The notes beneath the pieces are model-generated. The model was given only the letters and a program-made list of their open reading frames with translations, had not been told where the DNA came from and ran no database searches. Source: the human T2T-CHM13v2.0 reference genome, Homo sapiens. Taken from it: a DNA stretch of 64,000 bases. The translations under genes and the position numbers were made by a program. This document shows, piece after piece, positions 25,484 to 43,809 of this stretch. The stretch lies in assembly GCF_009914755.1 (NCBI RefSeq), contig NC_060936.1, one strand, 5' to 3'. Numbering within the stretch: the first letter of the stretch is position 1; every line of letters starts with the position of its first letter.

Positions 25484-26794
25484 TTAAAATATATATATAT
25501 ATTTTATTATACTTTAAGTTCTAGGGTACATGTGCACAATGTGCAGGTTTGTTACATATGTATACATGTGTCATGTTGGTGTGTTGCACCCATTAACTCG
25601 TCATTTACATTAGGTGTATCTCCTAAGGTTATCCCTCCCACCTCCCCCCACCCCACAACAGGCCCCAGTGTGTGATGTTCCCCTGCCTGTGTCCAAGTGT
25701 TCTCATTGTTCAGTTCCCACCTATGAATGAGAACATGCGGTTTGGTTTTTTTGTCCTTGCGATAGTTTGTTGAGAATGATGGTTTCCAGCTTCATCCATG
25801 TCCCCACAAAGGACATGAACTCATCATTTTTTATGGCTGCATAGCATTTCATGGTGTATATGTGCCACATTTTCTTAATCCAGTCTATCGTTGTTGGACA
25901 TTTGGGTTGGTTCCAAGTCTTTGCTATTGTGAGTAGTGCCACAATAAACATATGTGTGCATGTGTCTTTATAGCAGCATGATTTATATTCCTTTGGGTAT
26001 ATACCCAATAATGAGATGGCTGGATCAAATGGTATTTCTAGCTCTAGATCCCTGAGGAATCACCACACTGTCTTCCACAATGGTTGAACTAGTTTACAGT
26101 CCCACCAGTAGTGTAAAAGTGTTCCTATTTCTCCACATCCTCTCCAGCACCTGTTGTTTCCTGACATTTTAATGATCACCATTCTAACTGGTGTGAGATG
26201 ATATCTCATTGTGGTTTTGATTTGCATTTCTCTGATGGCCAGTGATGATGAGCATTTTTTCATTTGTCTGTTGGCTACAACTATCGGATCTTTGACAAAC
26301 CTGACAAAAACAAGAAATGGGGAAAGGATTCCCTATTTAACAAATGGTGCTGGGAAAACTGGCTAGCCATATGTAGAAAGCTGAAACTGGATCCCTTCCT
26401 TACACCTTATACTAAAATTAATTCGAGGTGGATTAAAGACTTAAATGTTAGACCTAAAACCATAAAAACCCTAGAAGAAAACCTAGACAATACCATTCGG
26501 GACTTAGGCATGGGCAAGGACTTCATGTCTAAAACACCAAAAACCATGGCAACAAAAGCCAAAATTAACAAATGGGATCTAATTAAACTAAAGAGCTTCT
26601 GCACAGCAAAAGAAACTGCCATCAAAGTGAACAGCAACCTACAGAATGGGAGAAAATTTTTGCAATCTAGTCATCTGACAAAGGGCTAATATCCAGAATC
26701 TACAAAGAACTCAAACAAATTTGCAAGAAAAAAAACAAACAACCCCATCAAAAAGTGGGCAAAGGATATGAACAGCCACTTCTCAAAAGGAGAC
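25484..26794 (-). mobile_element. L1PA (about PA4-6) with 5' inversion, inserted in a MIR
   Basis: Antisense 3' part 25484-26276, sense ORF2 part 26275-26794; 17-bp TSD agttatttgcatgtatt at 25467-25483 and 26795-26811. Confidence 0.93.
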
Positions 26795-27337
26795 AGTTAT
26801 TTGCATGTATTATCTCATCTAATCATAACCAGCCCTATGAAAGATGGGTATTATTATCCCTTTTTTGTAAAATGATTAGCGTAGGGCACGGGGAGCTTTA
26901 ATTGGCCATCATTAACACAGCTAACTAGGATGGAGAAGAATAGGGGTATGAACCTCACTTGACTGATTTCAGAAGGAACCCTCTTTAATTACTCCCTCAC
27001 TTACTGTCTCTCGGCAGTGTGAGTGACTGTCAATAATTGGTTAAGTTGTGAATAGCATGCGTATAATGTTCCTTTGAAGAAAGGAACACTCATACAGCCC
27101 GACAGACATGTTTCATGTTAGGTTGTGTCTGAAAGATACACAGACATGTCTCCAAGCCCCACTGAGCATCACTGGGAGGACACTGCCTTTTCCATATGAC
27201 TCCGCAATGAACATTCAGAATAAAAGTTACAAGGTTAAAAACAACAAAACTTTTCCCTATCTTCTCACCGGGGTCTTCATGCATACGTGTTCACATTTAT
27301 TCAACAAATATTTATCGAGCACTCTCTGGGAGCCAGT

Positions 27338-27812
27338 TGTAGGTTAACAGCTCTGCCATGGTGCCTTGCTCATGTCCACATAGTCTCTGCAGGCAAGGCT
27401 TGAACCCCAGCAAAGCTGAGTCTCAGCAGAAAGCCTTCTAATCCTCCTGTTTAAAAACAAACAAACAAAATCTCCCACTAACGTCTCTGTCTCCAGTAGA
27501 GGCTGCCAGAATCCATCATCTCCTGGTTTCTGATAAGGCATGAGGCTTTTCTCCCTGTCACACTCAGAACAGATGTGATAAGACTACAAACTCGCCTAGC
27601 TGCCATCTAGACCTGGCTCTTTGGCAGTGGTGGATCCCACAATTCACATTGCAGCTTTGGTGTTCTTTTTGAGGTGTGTGACAAGAACCATGGGGAGCAA
27701 GCACCTTTGGCTGCTCTTTCTTTCTCTATGTAAGAAATAAACTGTCTGCATTTAAAAGTGGCAAACTATATCTTTACTGCTCAAACTAGCCCTGCCTTGT
27801 GTGTGCTTAATA
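27338..27812 (+). mobile_element. Ancient ERVL-type LTR (LTR53/MER73 group, tentative) within an L2 remnant
   Basis: tgtaggttaac start, aataaa near 3' end, gccttgtgtgtgcttaata end; L2-like flanks. Confidence 0.4.
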
Positions 27813-27945
27813 CCATTTTCTTTACAGGTGCAGAATCAACACACTGAATAAAGCAGACATGCTTCTTACACTCAGATTGTGTGTGTGAAATTACAAATTG
27901 TTATAAAATAAAGTAACTGAATTCTAAGCAGTTGAAAACACAATC

Positions 27946-28714
<769 letters not shown>

Positions 28715-29504
28715 GAAAACACAATCTGAAGACAACTTGAAATGTCTGGAATAGATAAGTTAGAAATGGGATAACACAATTTGCCCTACTCTTCCTGGGT
28801 ATCTACCATTTAAACCACATGCACCATCGAAGTGTGGGAAACTGTGAAACTCTTCATTCTAACACTGGTCCTTCCCAATACCCACTGGAGTAAGCAAACC
28901 TCACGTTGCTGCTATCAGGGGAGAAACAAGACTCCTTGGAGCTACTAGGGATCTTGAATCAGCAGTTAGGCTCCTCTCTGAGGGATAATTAAGATCTAGA
29001 AAAGTCTTCATCACTTCGTGAACTCAACTATTGAGCTGTTTGGGGGCAGAGTGTATCTTATATCTGACACAGAATGGCACAAGAACCAAAAGCCAGGTGA
29101 GGAAAGCCCAAATGCACTAATGAGATACTAATTATTGGAATAAAACAAAAGACAAGGTGAGGTCAGGAAAGCCCACAGATTAATTAGCTTTCTTCTAGGA
29201 AATTCAGGAAGCAGTTAGAGGCACCAACTCTGAACTTTCAGTTGCAGCAGTTATTAAAGTCTCATTAGAAGAACAGCTCCAGGCAATAGGCGTAAAAGTA
29301 AGCTATTAGAAGGAAGAATAAGGTTGATCCATTGCATTCTCTGAAACTGTTCTTTTCATGTGTGCTTTCTTGCTTTACTCTGCTCAGAATAACTAATACA
29401 ACAGGATAATGTGAAGCCCAAACAGAACAAACTGGAAGACTGAGAAGTACAGTTCCTAATGGAAAGAAGAAAGGTCCTCTCCAGACATTGACTGTTCCAA
29501 CTGA

Positions 29505-29748
29505 GAAATGGGAGCTAACCTATGAGGATGGAAAGGCACAAGAACGATACAATGGACTTTGAGAAATTGGGGAAAGGGTGAAAGGGGTGAGAGGGATAAA
29601 AGACTACAAATTGGATTCAGTGTATACTGCCCTGGTGATGGGTGCACGAAAATCTCACAAATCACCACTAAATAACTTACTCATGTAACCAAATACCACC
29701 TGTTCCCCCAAAATCTATGGAAATAAAAAGTTTTTTTTTTTAAAAAAA
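29505..29748 (+). mobile_element. L1PB 3' end fragment
   Basis: gggataaaagactacaaattgg..aaatctcacaaatcaccactaaa..tatggaaataaaa. Confidence 0.85.
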
Positions 29749-29784
29749 GAATGCATTTCAATGAGACCCAAAACATCTGGGGGT

Positions 29785-30131
29785 GTGTAGCAGAGGAATT
29801 TGTACAGATCAAATGTCTCATGTTCTTCCCTTAAATTTCCCAGCTTTCCTTGCAGTAATGTTGAGGTCATGTGACCAATTCTGGCTAATGAGCTGTAAAT
29901 GCAAGTAATATGCATCACTTCTGGGCTGGAGTAGTTAAGAGCTGATGGGGCCTCTCCTTAAGTTCCTCATCCTGCTTCAATGTTCTTTGAGGCTACATGC
30001 TCCAGATGATGCAGCTGTAAGACACACGAGAGATGACCGACCCACATCATGCTTACCTACATTTCAATAAAATGTATTAAGCTTCTGAGATTTGGGGATT
30101 TGTCTCTGTTGTAAGGTATCCTGATGAATAC
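29785..30131 (+). mobile_element. Old MLT1 (H-J type) LTR
   Basis: ggtcatgtgaccaattctggctaatgag..ttaagcttctgagatttgggg..gatgaataca. Confidence 0.6.
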
Positions 30132-30470
30132 AGACTTCCCCGTTCCCTAAAACTTCTCAGAGCCAATGCAGGCATGACAATTTTCAGTTAGAGGCATCCT
30201 AGAATAGGATATCTGTGCTTGAGCCAGAAGATGCCATGGACTTAGGAGGTCTGTACGTTCCCAGACCCTAAAAAGTCTTTACACCTTCTGAGTGGCGTTA
30301 CACACAGCTCCAAGAGAAAACTGGGCTCCTTGGGTTAGTGGTGATAAATTATGTTCACATGGAGTAAGAAGATTTAATTAATCTTACAATAAATTTTCCA
30401 ATGGTGACTGCACTATGAGTTGAACTGGAACCAGAAGTCTGATATTCTATTTTAAATCAAGCATACTAAG

Positions 30471-30891
30471 TGATATGGTTTGGATGTTTCTCTGCTCCAA
30501 ATCTCAAGTTGAAATGTAATCCTCAGTGTTGGAGGTGGGGCCTGGTGGGAGGTGTTGGGACCATGAGAATGGATCTCTTGTGAATGGCTTAGTGCCATCC
30601 TCTTGGTGCTGAGTTCTCATTTTGAGTTCATGTGAGGTCTGTTTGTTTGAAAGTGTGGGGCACCTCTCCCTTCACTCTCTTGCTCCCACTCTCACCATGA
30701 GAGCTGCCTCCTCCCCCTTTGCCTTCCACCATGAAGGCAAAGGCCTTCCTGAGTCCTCCCCAGAAGCAGATCCTGGCACCATGCTGGTTCCAGTGCAGTC
30801 TGCAGAGCCAGGAGCCAGATAAAGTTATTTTCTTTATAAATCACCCAGTCTCAGGAGTTTCCTTATAGCAATGCAAGGACAGACAAATACA
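30471..30891 (+). mobile_element. MSTB-type solo LTR
   Basis: tgatatggtttggatg...acaaataca; TSD ctaag. Confidence 0.88.
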
Positions 30892-32320
30892 CTAAGTACA
30901 GCCTAATATACGAAGGTTTTGGTCTTTTATGCAGTAAATTAAACAAAATATTAGAACCAAAGGATATTTTAGAAACAACTGGTTTATGTCTTTCAGTTTA
31001 GCTCACATATTGAATGATGGCTGCTAGGTTCCTAGCATTCTTCAGTTCACTGGGAAGTCAGAGATAATGCAACTCAATTCCTCTGTGGTGCATTCTCGAC
31101 TGGGCATCTGCAGTGGAGCTCATTCTCCTGCCAAGCACACAAGTGAGTCTGGTTTGCTGGAAACCATGGCAACAGCTACCTCAATAGCTTTGCCTCATCC
31201 CTGCTGTTCAGTTGCCTGAGGACAAACTGTCCAGAAGGAGGAGGTGAGAGATGAAGAGGTCAATGACAAGGCTTTAACAGGTGGACATATCACAACCAGC
31301 GATGCACTGCTGAGGAACATGGAATTTATACTTATGTGGTTTGGAAGCAGCCTTAGAAAGAGGAGATTTATTTAAGGTCACATTATTAGATTTGCCTAGA
31401 CCAAGACTAGAAATACATTATGTCTTCCTGATTGAGGGCAATTTATTCCCTTTCATACCTTCCTTCCTACTTTTCACCCTCATAAGCTATCCTTTTATTC
31501 TTTTATTGATATCCTCTTATAGAAAATCCAAATACTAGTATGTTTCTCATCTTCTGAAAACAGAAAATTATGAAAAGATTATGAAGGACATAAAAAACAG
31601 GTTGAAAGGGAAAAGACTTTCCTGAACATAGAAGGCAAGGTGGTCTGAGAAGCCAATAATATGTCCCTTATAGGAGGGAAAATTTTCAGGATGGCTGAGT
31701 GAGTTTTGAAAAGGAGGGTTGTATGCATCAAAAATTCAGTTCAGATTAGATATGGCTTTCTAAATGTACTTTCCAGCTTACAATATGTATGAACTGAGAT
31801 TTTCCCAAACATTCTTAATAAAATACTGACTACTGCCAATCTCTGTAGATAATTAGTAGGTTATGAAGGAGATTGAAACCAGATCCAAAATCCAGAAGAC
31901 GTGATCTATGTTGGGTTGGGACTTGGAAAGGCACAGCACATAGGAAAAATGTACCAAGGAATAATAGATATTCCCACGTTTAGGATGACGCAGATAACTT
32001 CCTCACAAACTCTTGGAATAAAGAAGAATCATGACTGGTTTAATAGTCATATAACATAATCTTAAATAGTCTAGGCTTTGGAGTGAGATTTTTGTCCTCC
32101 TATTGCCAGTTTCTATCTTGGCAAACTTGGGCATATTCCTTCGTGTCTCTAAGTCTCAGGTCAATATTTAAAATGAGGATTATACATGGAGTTTTGCCTT
32201 AGAGTTTTATGAGGGTTAAATGGGAAGATTATGGAGAGAAGCAGAGTCCATCCTGAGCAAAAGCTGAGATACTCTATGAAGACCAGAGACCGCCCCTTGC
32301 CATTCAATGGGGCACACATC

Positions 32321-32770
32321 TGTGGCTGAGACTATTTGGTGAGTGGTTCCCCAAACCTGCATCCCCTCCTTCCTGAACACATAGCTAGGTGACATTTCCC
32401 AGCCTCCCTAACCAGTTAGTTGTGGCTGGGCATCTGAGTATTAGCCAATGCAATGAGAGCAGAATTAAAGTGTGTGACATCCAGTTGCAGCTTTTAAAAA
32501 CTCTCACGTGCAATCCTGTGCTGCTACTCCTTGCACTGTTTGTCTCAGCTGAGCACAGCACACTTGAAGCTACTTATTGAAGATGTGGAGCTTTAAGCTG
32601 GAAGGAGACTGCATCAGCTCCCTGATTCAGTACTTGGAAGAGAGAACTCACTGAACAAAAACACCTATTCTGATTCTACATGAAATGATAAATATATTTC
32701 TTTGTATTATAGTTACTATATATGTTTCAAAGTGTTTGCAACAACAGTTAGCTCAGCACCTCAGCAATGC
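32321..32770 (+). mobile_element. Old MLT1 (I/J type) LTR
   Basis: gaacacatagctagg..acatttcccagcctccct..ttagccaatg..gagcagaa. Confidence 0.6.
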
Positions 32771-33011
32771 AGCACCATGTTACCCTGACTGAGAAGCATA
32801 GGTGATTATTTTTCTCATTGTTGGGTGAGGCCTTCCTCATGTGTCCACTAGTGTCTGTGGATGATCAGGCCTGTACCCTTACACTTTGCTAGTTCCAATG
32901 CAAAATTCAATTTCAACTGCTCAGGATAAGTCTAAGCCACAGCACCCCCCAAAAGTTGAAATTCTCGGTTCCTTAAAGATTAGTAGTATAGAAGGCAAAG
33001 CAGCAGCCCTA

Positions 33012-33355
33012 TGATATGGTTTGGCTTTGTGTCCCCACCCAAATCTCATCTTGAATTGTAATCCCATAATCCCCACATATTGTGGGAGGGACCTGATGGG
33101 AGGTAATTGAATCATGGGGGTGTTTTCCCCCATGCTGTTTTCGTGATAGTGAGTGATGGTTTTATAAGTGTCTGGCATTTCCCCAGCTGGCACTCATTCT
33201 CTCTCCTGCCACCCTGGGAAGAGGTCCCTTCCACCATGATTGTAAGTTTCCTGAGGCTTCCCCAGCCATGTGGAACTACGTGCCAATTAAACCTCTTTTC
33301 TTTATAAATTACCCAGTCTTGGGTATTAATAGCAATGTAAGAACAGACTAATACA
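33012..33355 (+). mobile_element. THE1 solo LTR
   Basis: tgatatggtttggctttgtgtccccacccaaatctc...agactaataca. Confidence 0.9.
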
Positions 33356-33416
33356 CTATGACTGAACTTTGAGAATGGACAGCAATGTGACCTACCCCAG
33401 TTAAACTTACTGTAAA

Positions 33417-33620
33417 TCATCAACCCCATCATCTTACCATCACTATCACCATCATCGCCATTACCATCATCACCATTATCTTACCATTGTCACCATCACC
33501 ATTATCATCACCACCACCATCACCATCACCATCATAATCCACATCATCACCATCATTACCACAACCATTATGACCATCACTATCATCAACCATTATCACC
33601 ATCACTATTATCAGCAGTAC
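33417..33620. repeat. Degenerate (CAT/CAC)n trinucleotide repeat
   Basis: catcaccatcaccatcat..; further patches at ~33770-33800 and ~33920-33960. Confidence 0.9.
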
Positions 33621-33629
33621 CATTGTGTT

Positions 33630-33920
<291 letters not shown>

Positions 33921-34427
33921 TGTCACCATTATTATCATTACCGTCATCATCATTATTGTCATTGTAAGTAAATCTGTGCACTCATGTGTTTACTCACTAC
34001 ATAGGTATTGAGCAGCTACCAGCTGCAAAGACTGGGTCTGTTTTCTGGTGGAGCCTACATTATGAAGTGAAAGAAGACAATAAACACAGAATCAAGTGAA
34101 TGTAGAATGCAATCTTTTATTGTAATAAGTGCTATAAAAAAAGAACAATAAGGATACTGTGGAGGAGGCTATTATTTTAAAAAAGGTGATCAGGTAAGTT
34201 TTCTATGAGTGGAGATTTGGGACAGAGTAAAGTAAATTATAGTATAAAATTGCAACCAGTGTATTAAAATTAATACAGTCAAGATGCAGAAAATTTTATC
34301 ACCACAAGTTGAGCATTTTAATTATGTCTTGAATTTTCCAAATGTCTTTCCCCCCCTTTTAAACAGATTTTAATTTTCAGGACTATTTTAACTTTACAGC
34401 AAAATTGAACAGAAAATACAGAGATGT

Positions 34428-34503
34428 CCCATATACTCCCTGCCCCCAAACATACTCAGCATTCCCCCATATACTCCCTGCCCCCAAACATACACAGCAT
34501 TCC
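34428..34503. repeat. 38-bp tandem duplication inside L1MC
   Basis: cccatatactccctgcccccaaacatac(t/a)cagcattcc x2. Confidence 0.92.
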
Positions 34504-34597
34504 CCGCCAGTGCTGTAGGTTTGTTACAACTAATGAACCAACATTTACATGTTATTGTCACCCAAAGTCCACAGTTTACATTAAGATTAACTCTTCG

Positions 34598-34897
<300 letters not shown>

Positions 34898-35048
34898 GAT
34901 TAACTCTCCATGTTGTACATTCTATGGGTTTTGACAAATGTATAATGACATGTAGCTACCATTATAGTGTCTTATAGAATATAATACGGTATGATACTAT
35001 ACATACAGTATATGTGGAGTCTACAATACTATAGTTTCAGTGCCCTAA

Positions 35049-35503
<455 letters not shown>

Positions 35504-36409
35504 AGCTTCTTTCACTTACTAATATGCATTTAAGTTTCCTCCATGTCCTTCCATGGCTTGATAGTTCATTTCTTTTTATCGCTGAATAAAATTTCATTGT
35601 CTAAATATAACATTGTTTATTTATCCATTTACCTTTCATGTTTTGGAAATTGTGTTTCTATAAATATCTGTGTATGGGATTTTGGGTGGGCTTAAGTTTT
35701 GAACTCATTTGGGTAAAAACCAAGGAACATGATTGCTGGATTTTGTGATAAGACTATGTTTGGTTTTGTAAGAAACTGTCAAACTGTCCTCCAGGGTGGC
35801 TGCACCATTATGTGTCACCAGCAATAAATGACACGCTGGTGTTCCTGTTGCTCCACATGCTCACCAGCATTTGGTGGTGTCAGTGTTCTGGATTTGGGCC
35901 ATTTTAATTGGTGTATGGTGATATCTCATCGATATTTTAATTTCCTAATGCCATGTGATGTGGAGCATCTTTTCATATGCTTATTTGCCATCTGTATATG
36001 TTCTTTGATGAGGCATCTTTTCTGGTCTTTTGCCCAATTTTTAATTGGATTGTTCCTTTTCTTATTGTTGAATTTTGAGCTGTCTGTTTTGAGTAACAGT
36101 GTTTTATTAGGTATACATATTTTTTCAAATATTTTCTCCCAGGCTATACCTTTTATTCTCATTCTACCGGCAGTGCCTTTTGTAGAGCAGAAGATTTAAA
36201 TTTTAATGAAGTCCAGTTTATCAATTGTTTCTTTCATGAATCATGCCTATGGTGTTGTATCTAAAAAGTCATCACCGTGCCCAAGGTAGTCTAGAATTTT
36301 TTGCTGTTCTCTCCTAGTAGTTTTATAGTTTCTCATTTTATATTTAGGTTTATAATCCATTTTGAGTTAATTTTTATAAAGGGTATAAGGCCTGTTGGTC
36401 GACCTTTAA

Positions 36410-36780
<371 letters not shown>

Positions 36781-39700
36781 CACCTTTGCTCCTTTTCAAA
36801 GATTGACTATATCTACATGGGTCTATATTCATGCTCTTTCACCTATTCCATTCATCTCTTGTCTATTCTTTTAACAGTGCTATACTGTTTTGATTACTGT
36901 AGCTTTATGGTAAATCTTGAAGTTGGGTAGTGTCGGTCCTCTGACTTTGCTCTTCTTTTTTTATTTATCTTTTATTATGTTGGCTATTCTAGGTCTTTTG
37001 TCTCTCCATATAAACCTTAGCATAAGTTTGTCAATATCCACAAAATAACTTGTTGGGATTTTGATTTGAATTGTGTTGAATCTAGAGGTCTAACTGAAAA
37101 TAACCAACGTCTTGACAGTATTGAATCTTTCTACTCATGAACATGGAATATCTCTCCATTTATATAGTTATATGATTTTTTAAATCAGAATTTTGTAGTT
37201 TTTCTTATGTAAATCTTGTGCATACATTGTTAGATTTATAGTTAAGTATTTCAGTTTTGGGGATGCTAATGTAAATGGTATTGTGTTTTTAAGTTTCTCT
37301 TGTCCTTTGCTGGTATATAGGAAAGTGATTGAATTTTGTACATTAACCTTATATCTGGCAACTGTTGAATGGTAAAGACCTTTTCTTGGTTATACAGCTA
37401 ATGTGTGGTGTTGGTAGGATGTGAATCCAGGTTAGTCTGACATCCAGGTTCTCTAAACCATTATTAGCTTTCTTTTCTGGAATTCCCTTCACCCATTTAT
37501 CCCCGTTTGTGATCGCTGTTTAACATTCTGTGCACTAAAAGGACTCAGCTATGCCCCTACTGACTCTAAAGAGCTTTTGCAGCTGCCTTTTGCCCTACCC
37601 CAAAGAAGGTTGAGGGCCACTATTACTTATTTGTATTTTTTTCATTCTAACCCTTCGTTCCTTTAGGGAAGAATCTAGCTAATTTATCCCTGCAATCCCA
37701 GAGCTTAGAACAAGGGTTGACCCAGAGATAGCAGTGAGTAGATATTGTTTTAAATAAATTACTATATGTTAATGTCTGGTCCATGTGGGGTGGGAAAGGC
37801 CTGGAGAAAATTAGGTGTTTAGAATTAAAATCCTATGCTTAGGCAGACTACCAGGTCTGCATGTTTACTGAGGCATCAGGGATCTTGTGGTTTCCTTCAA
37901 GAAAATCCCAAGCATGTAGATTTTTTCCTCTCCTCACATTGTGGCTTGAGAAAATTGAGATGGAGCCTGTAAACATAATTTTAGAGTAATTTAAGTAGTG
38001 AACCAAAACCAAGAACAGAGGCATGCTTTCCTTGATTTACATGAGTGTCAAAGTATTTCTCATGCAAACATTACTTCATCCAAATTCACTTATTAACTAA
38101 AAAGATGGCTGAGCAGAGACAATGGTTAGGAAAAAACACTAGTGGAAAATTAAATGCTCTTTGATTTACTTTTTTCCCTTTTTTATTTGAAGTATCACCA
38201 GTTGCAAAAGCAAACTAAAAATTCCTCTACTTCTTCCATGGAATCAAATAAAATTAAATCTGGACTATAACATATAAATAGAACATAACCCTAAAGTAAG
38301 ATTCAGAACACAACTATTTGCTTAAAAAATGTCGTTTGCTTTCCCTTCTGATTGCTAAATAAGAATGCATTTCAAAGCCTTTGGAACGGTAAAACAGGCT
38401 TTCTGAAGATCGTTAGAATTTCCAAGTTGAGAAGGTGTTTTCTCAAACCGATTAGGAAGCAATGAAAGCCTCAACCTCCCTGACTACGGTAAAATGAGGC
38501 ATCTCCCAAATCTATGAAGAGCCCGTTAGAGTAGTGCTTCAGGTTCCTCTCGAAAAAGCTGGGCGAGAGTTCCCACTAAGGCGAAGATCATTCACAGGTG
38601 AAGGGAGACAGAGCAGGCGATGGGCAAATTGGCAGAGAATGCTGCCCTGGGATTTTGCCCACTGTTTTAGCCTCAGAGCTCTCCACACAAACCCTGGAAG
38701 CGTCTAATGCTGGGACAGCTCACAGTGGGACACTAGAACAAAGTCTGCCTTTAAATGTGGGAATTATTCCTAAAATGTCTTTGTTGACAGCTGGTGAGGC
38801 ACAAAATAAACACAGGCCTATTTGCAAGTAAGCGAGAATTAGCATAATCAGCAGCTGCAGCCTTACCCACGGACACAGAACCATAAAGAACCTCATGCCT
38901 TCTGAAACAAAGTTAGGGAAGGGGCCTGCTTGGAATAATAGTCACCACCTGCCAATGTCCCCAAACCAGAGCAAGGAAGAGCTGTTTGCTACTGGCCTAA
39001 GCATCCTCTAGAGTTTTCTAATTAAAACAGAAACTAATCTTCTGTTAATAATATGACACTCGAGTATTTAGAAATAAGTTTCCTTTGCAGATGAGGCTTT
39101 AAAAAAATAGCTTTTATTCTCCACCATCCAAAATGTAACAGATAATCTTCAGAGTCATCTATGAAGATGGTTTATGTAAAATCTCTTCCATTTTGTCATC
39201 CTAGAGGATGATCAAAATACAAGAGAAAACAAGGAGGAATCTGAGAAAAGAATGGTTTTATGTTTTGCTGGATGAATGCCACCAATGTGCCCATGGAGAC
39301 TTTGTTTTCCAAACCTGTGGAAAGTTAGTCTCCGTGTCCATAATTAGAAATGGAACATAGGGTTACATCATGGTCAGATTTTCTGCACAGCCCCAGCTCC
39401 TACTTTCTTCTGGTGCTTGAGTGGCTGAAATGAAATTATTTGCACACTCAAGACAAATATGTACTCTCTTCTTAACAGCGGTGGAAGAATTCTTAAGAAA
39501 ATAGCTTTTTACTGATCGAAATCTGTGATAGCGAATGGCATATAGAGGGTGGACAGAACTGTAATCAATCAGTCATGCACGTGCCCTACGTCCCTCTCTC
39601 TCCTCCTTCAAAAACGTCATTTCTTAATGCACAAACTGGTATGTATACCTTTGGGCTGCATATTTCTGAGTTTTGAAGCTTATCATTGTCACTTTATTCA

Positions 39701-40300
39701 GGACAAACTTTGGTGAGGTCCAATTTGTTATATCAGATTTCATTAAAATAAAAGGGCTCCCCTAAAATCTCTCTCTCAACTCATTTCTACTAAAACAGTG
39801 TTGTGACTGTGTTTCCTCGACCATGGCCTGCTGTGATTTACCTTTGTGCACATCACAAAGCTTCCAGAGCTGCTGGGATCACAGTCCCCGAGGCCTGACC
39901 TTTCCTTGTGCCCATGTCTTCCGCAGCTCTGCTGCCTTTCTCCCTGACGCTGCAAAGGCAACTTGCACTTATAGATTCCTTCCCACTTTAGTCATGGAAT
40001 GTAGGTCAGTTTTAAAAATAAACACAAGTGGGTAGCCCTGATCCCAGGAAGTGCTGGATGTGGAGAGCAGCCCTAGGCATAGCTCTGGAGTAAGGAAGCA
40101 GACAGGTAGTAGTGTTACTTAGTGATTTTATTTCCAAATGCGTGGCTCTTTTCAGGTGCAAGAGACTTAAAAAATAAAAATAAAAAAACCCAACGACTCA
40201 AAGTTGCTTAGTTTTTTAAAAGCGAAAATTTGTCAGCCGATGTGTAAGTCCAGGGTATCAGGCTTGACTAGTTCTTGGGCCTCAAATAATGTAAACAGGG

Positions 40301-41030
<730 letters not shown>

Positions 41031-41245
41031 CAGGGCTTCATTGTCTTACTTTGTCTTTATTTTTGTCCTATTGCAAAAGTAACACTTCCTAACATAGGAG
41101 ATTGGAAAATGTGGGTAATTGCAGAGAAGAAAATAAAATTTGTAAGTTATTTCAAATTCAGAGGAAACAAGGGTCATAATTTTGGCACATTTTTGATGTT
41201 TCATTTGATTTTTAGACTTTTGTTCTTTGCAAAATGCATTTAGAC

Positions 41246-42219
<974 letters not shown>

Positions 42220-42220
42220 G

Positions 42221-42569
<349 letters not shown>

Positions 42570-42918
42570 TTACATAACTTGTAACATTTATTACATGGTT
42601 TAATGAATGACTAGTGTTCCATCATATGGATGCATTGTTGGCTACTTCATTCCAGTGTCATAAACACAATGCTTATAGGATTCTGACAGGAATCTATAAA
42701 ATTTTACCTTCTTACAGTCAGGATGTAATAAGTGTTAGAGAACCAGACAACGCATGGCCAGGCTAAAGGGGACATTTATTACTTAGCTGCAGCCAAAGGA
42801 TTTTTTTTAATTTTTAAATTTAGTTATTCTTATTGTTTCACACTGGAATAGACTATTCCATGTCTTTCTATGTTTTTTTAAGAGAAGCTAGAACTCTGGA
42901 ATTCTATATGGGAAATGA

Positions 42919-43187
<269 letters not shown>

Positions 43188-43515
43188 TAGCTCAGTGGGC
43201 GGGCCAAATGAAAATTGTTGGCTTCTGATATTTAACTCATAGGTTTCTAATTTACAGCTTATGATAGAACCAATTCAGTATTGTTAGACACAGACTATCC
43301 CCAACCTTTCATTATTATAAACAATGTATAAGTGAACATATTTGAACTAAATCATTGCTTGCATTCTGTGATTTATTCTACAGGGTAAATATCATGGTGT
43401 GGAAAATATGGGTTAAATTGTATGTATATACTTAAGGTTCTTAATGCATACTGTAAACCCCAATAAGTTTGCAAAAATTCCTCAGAAGCAAACACAATTA
43501 TCAGTCCCTTGATAC

Positions 43516-43809
43516 TTTTTTTTTTTTGAGGCAGAGTCTTAGTATGTCACTCAGGCTGGAGTGCAATGGCGCAGTCTCCACTCACTGGAACCTCTGCCTC
43601 CTGGGTTCAAGTGGTTCTCATGCCTCAGGTTCCTGAATAACTGGGACTATAGGCATGTACCATTATGCCTGGCTAATTTTTGTGATTTTTGGAGAGACAG
43701 GGTTTCACCATGTTGACCAGGCTTGTCTCAAACTCCTGACCTCAAGTGATCCACCCGCCTTGGCTTCCCAAAGTGCTGGGATTACAGGTGTGAGCCACCG
43801 CACCAGGCC
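43516..43809 (-). mobile_element. AluS/J
   Basis: Full length; TSD agtc(c/t)cttgatactt. Confidence 0.9.

Noticed and set aside
25721-26689. ORF2-like ORFs (also 346..828, 35926..36162, 50874..51116)
   Set aside because: Fragments of truncated, inactive L1 copies
31159-31176. RFX X-box-like aaccatggcaac
   Set aside because: Single imperfect motif with no supporting context
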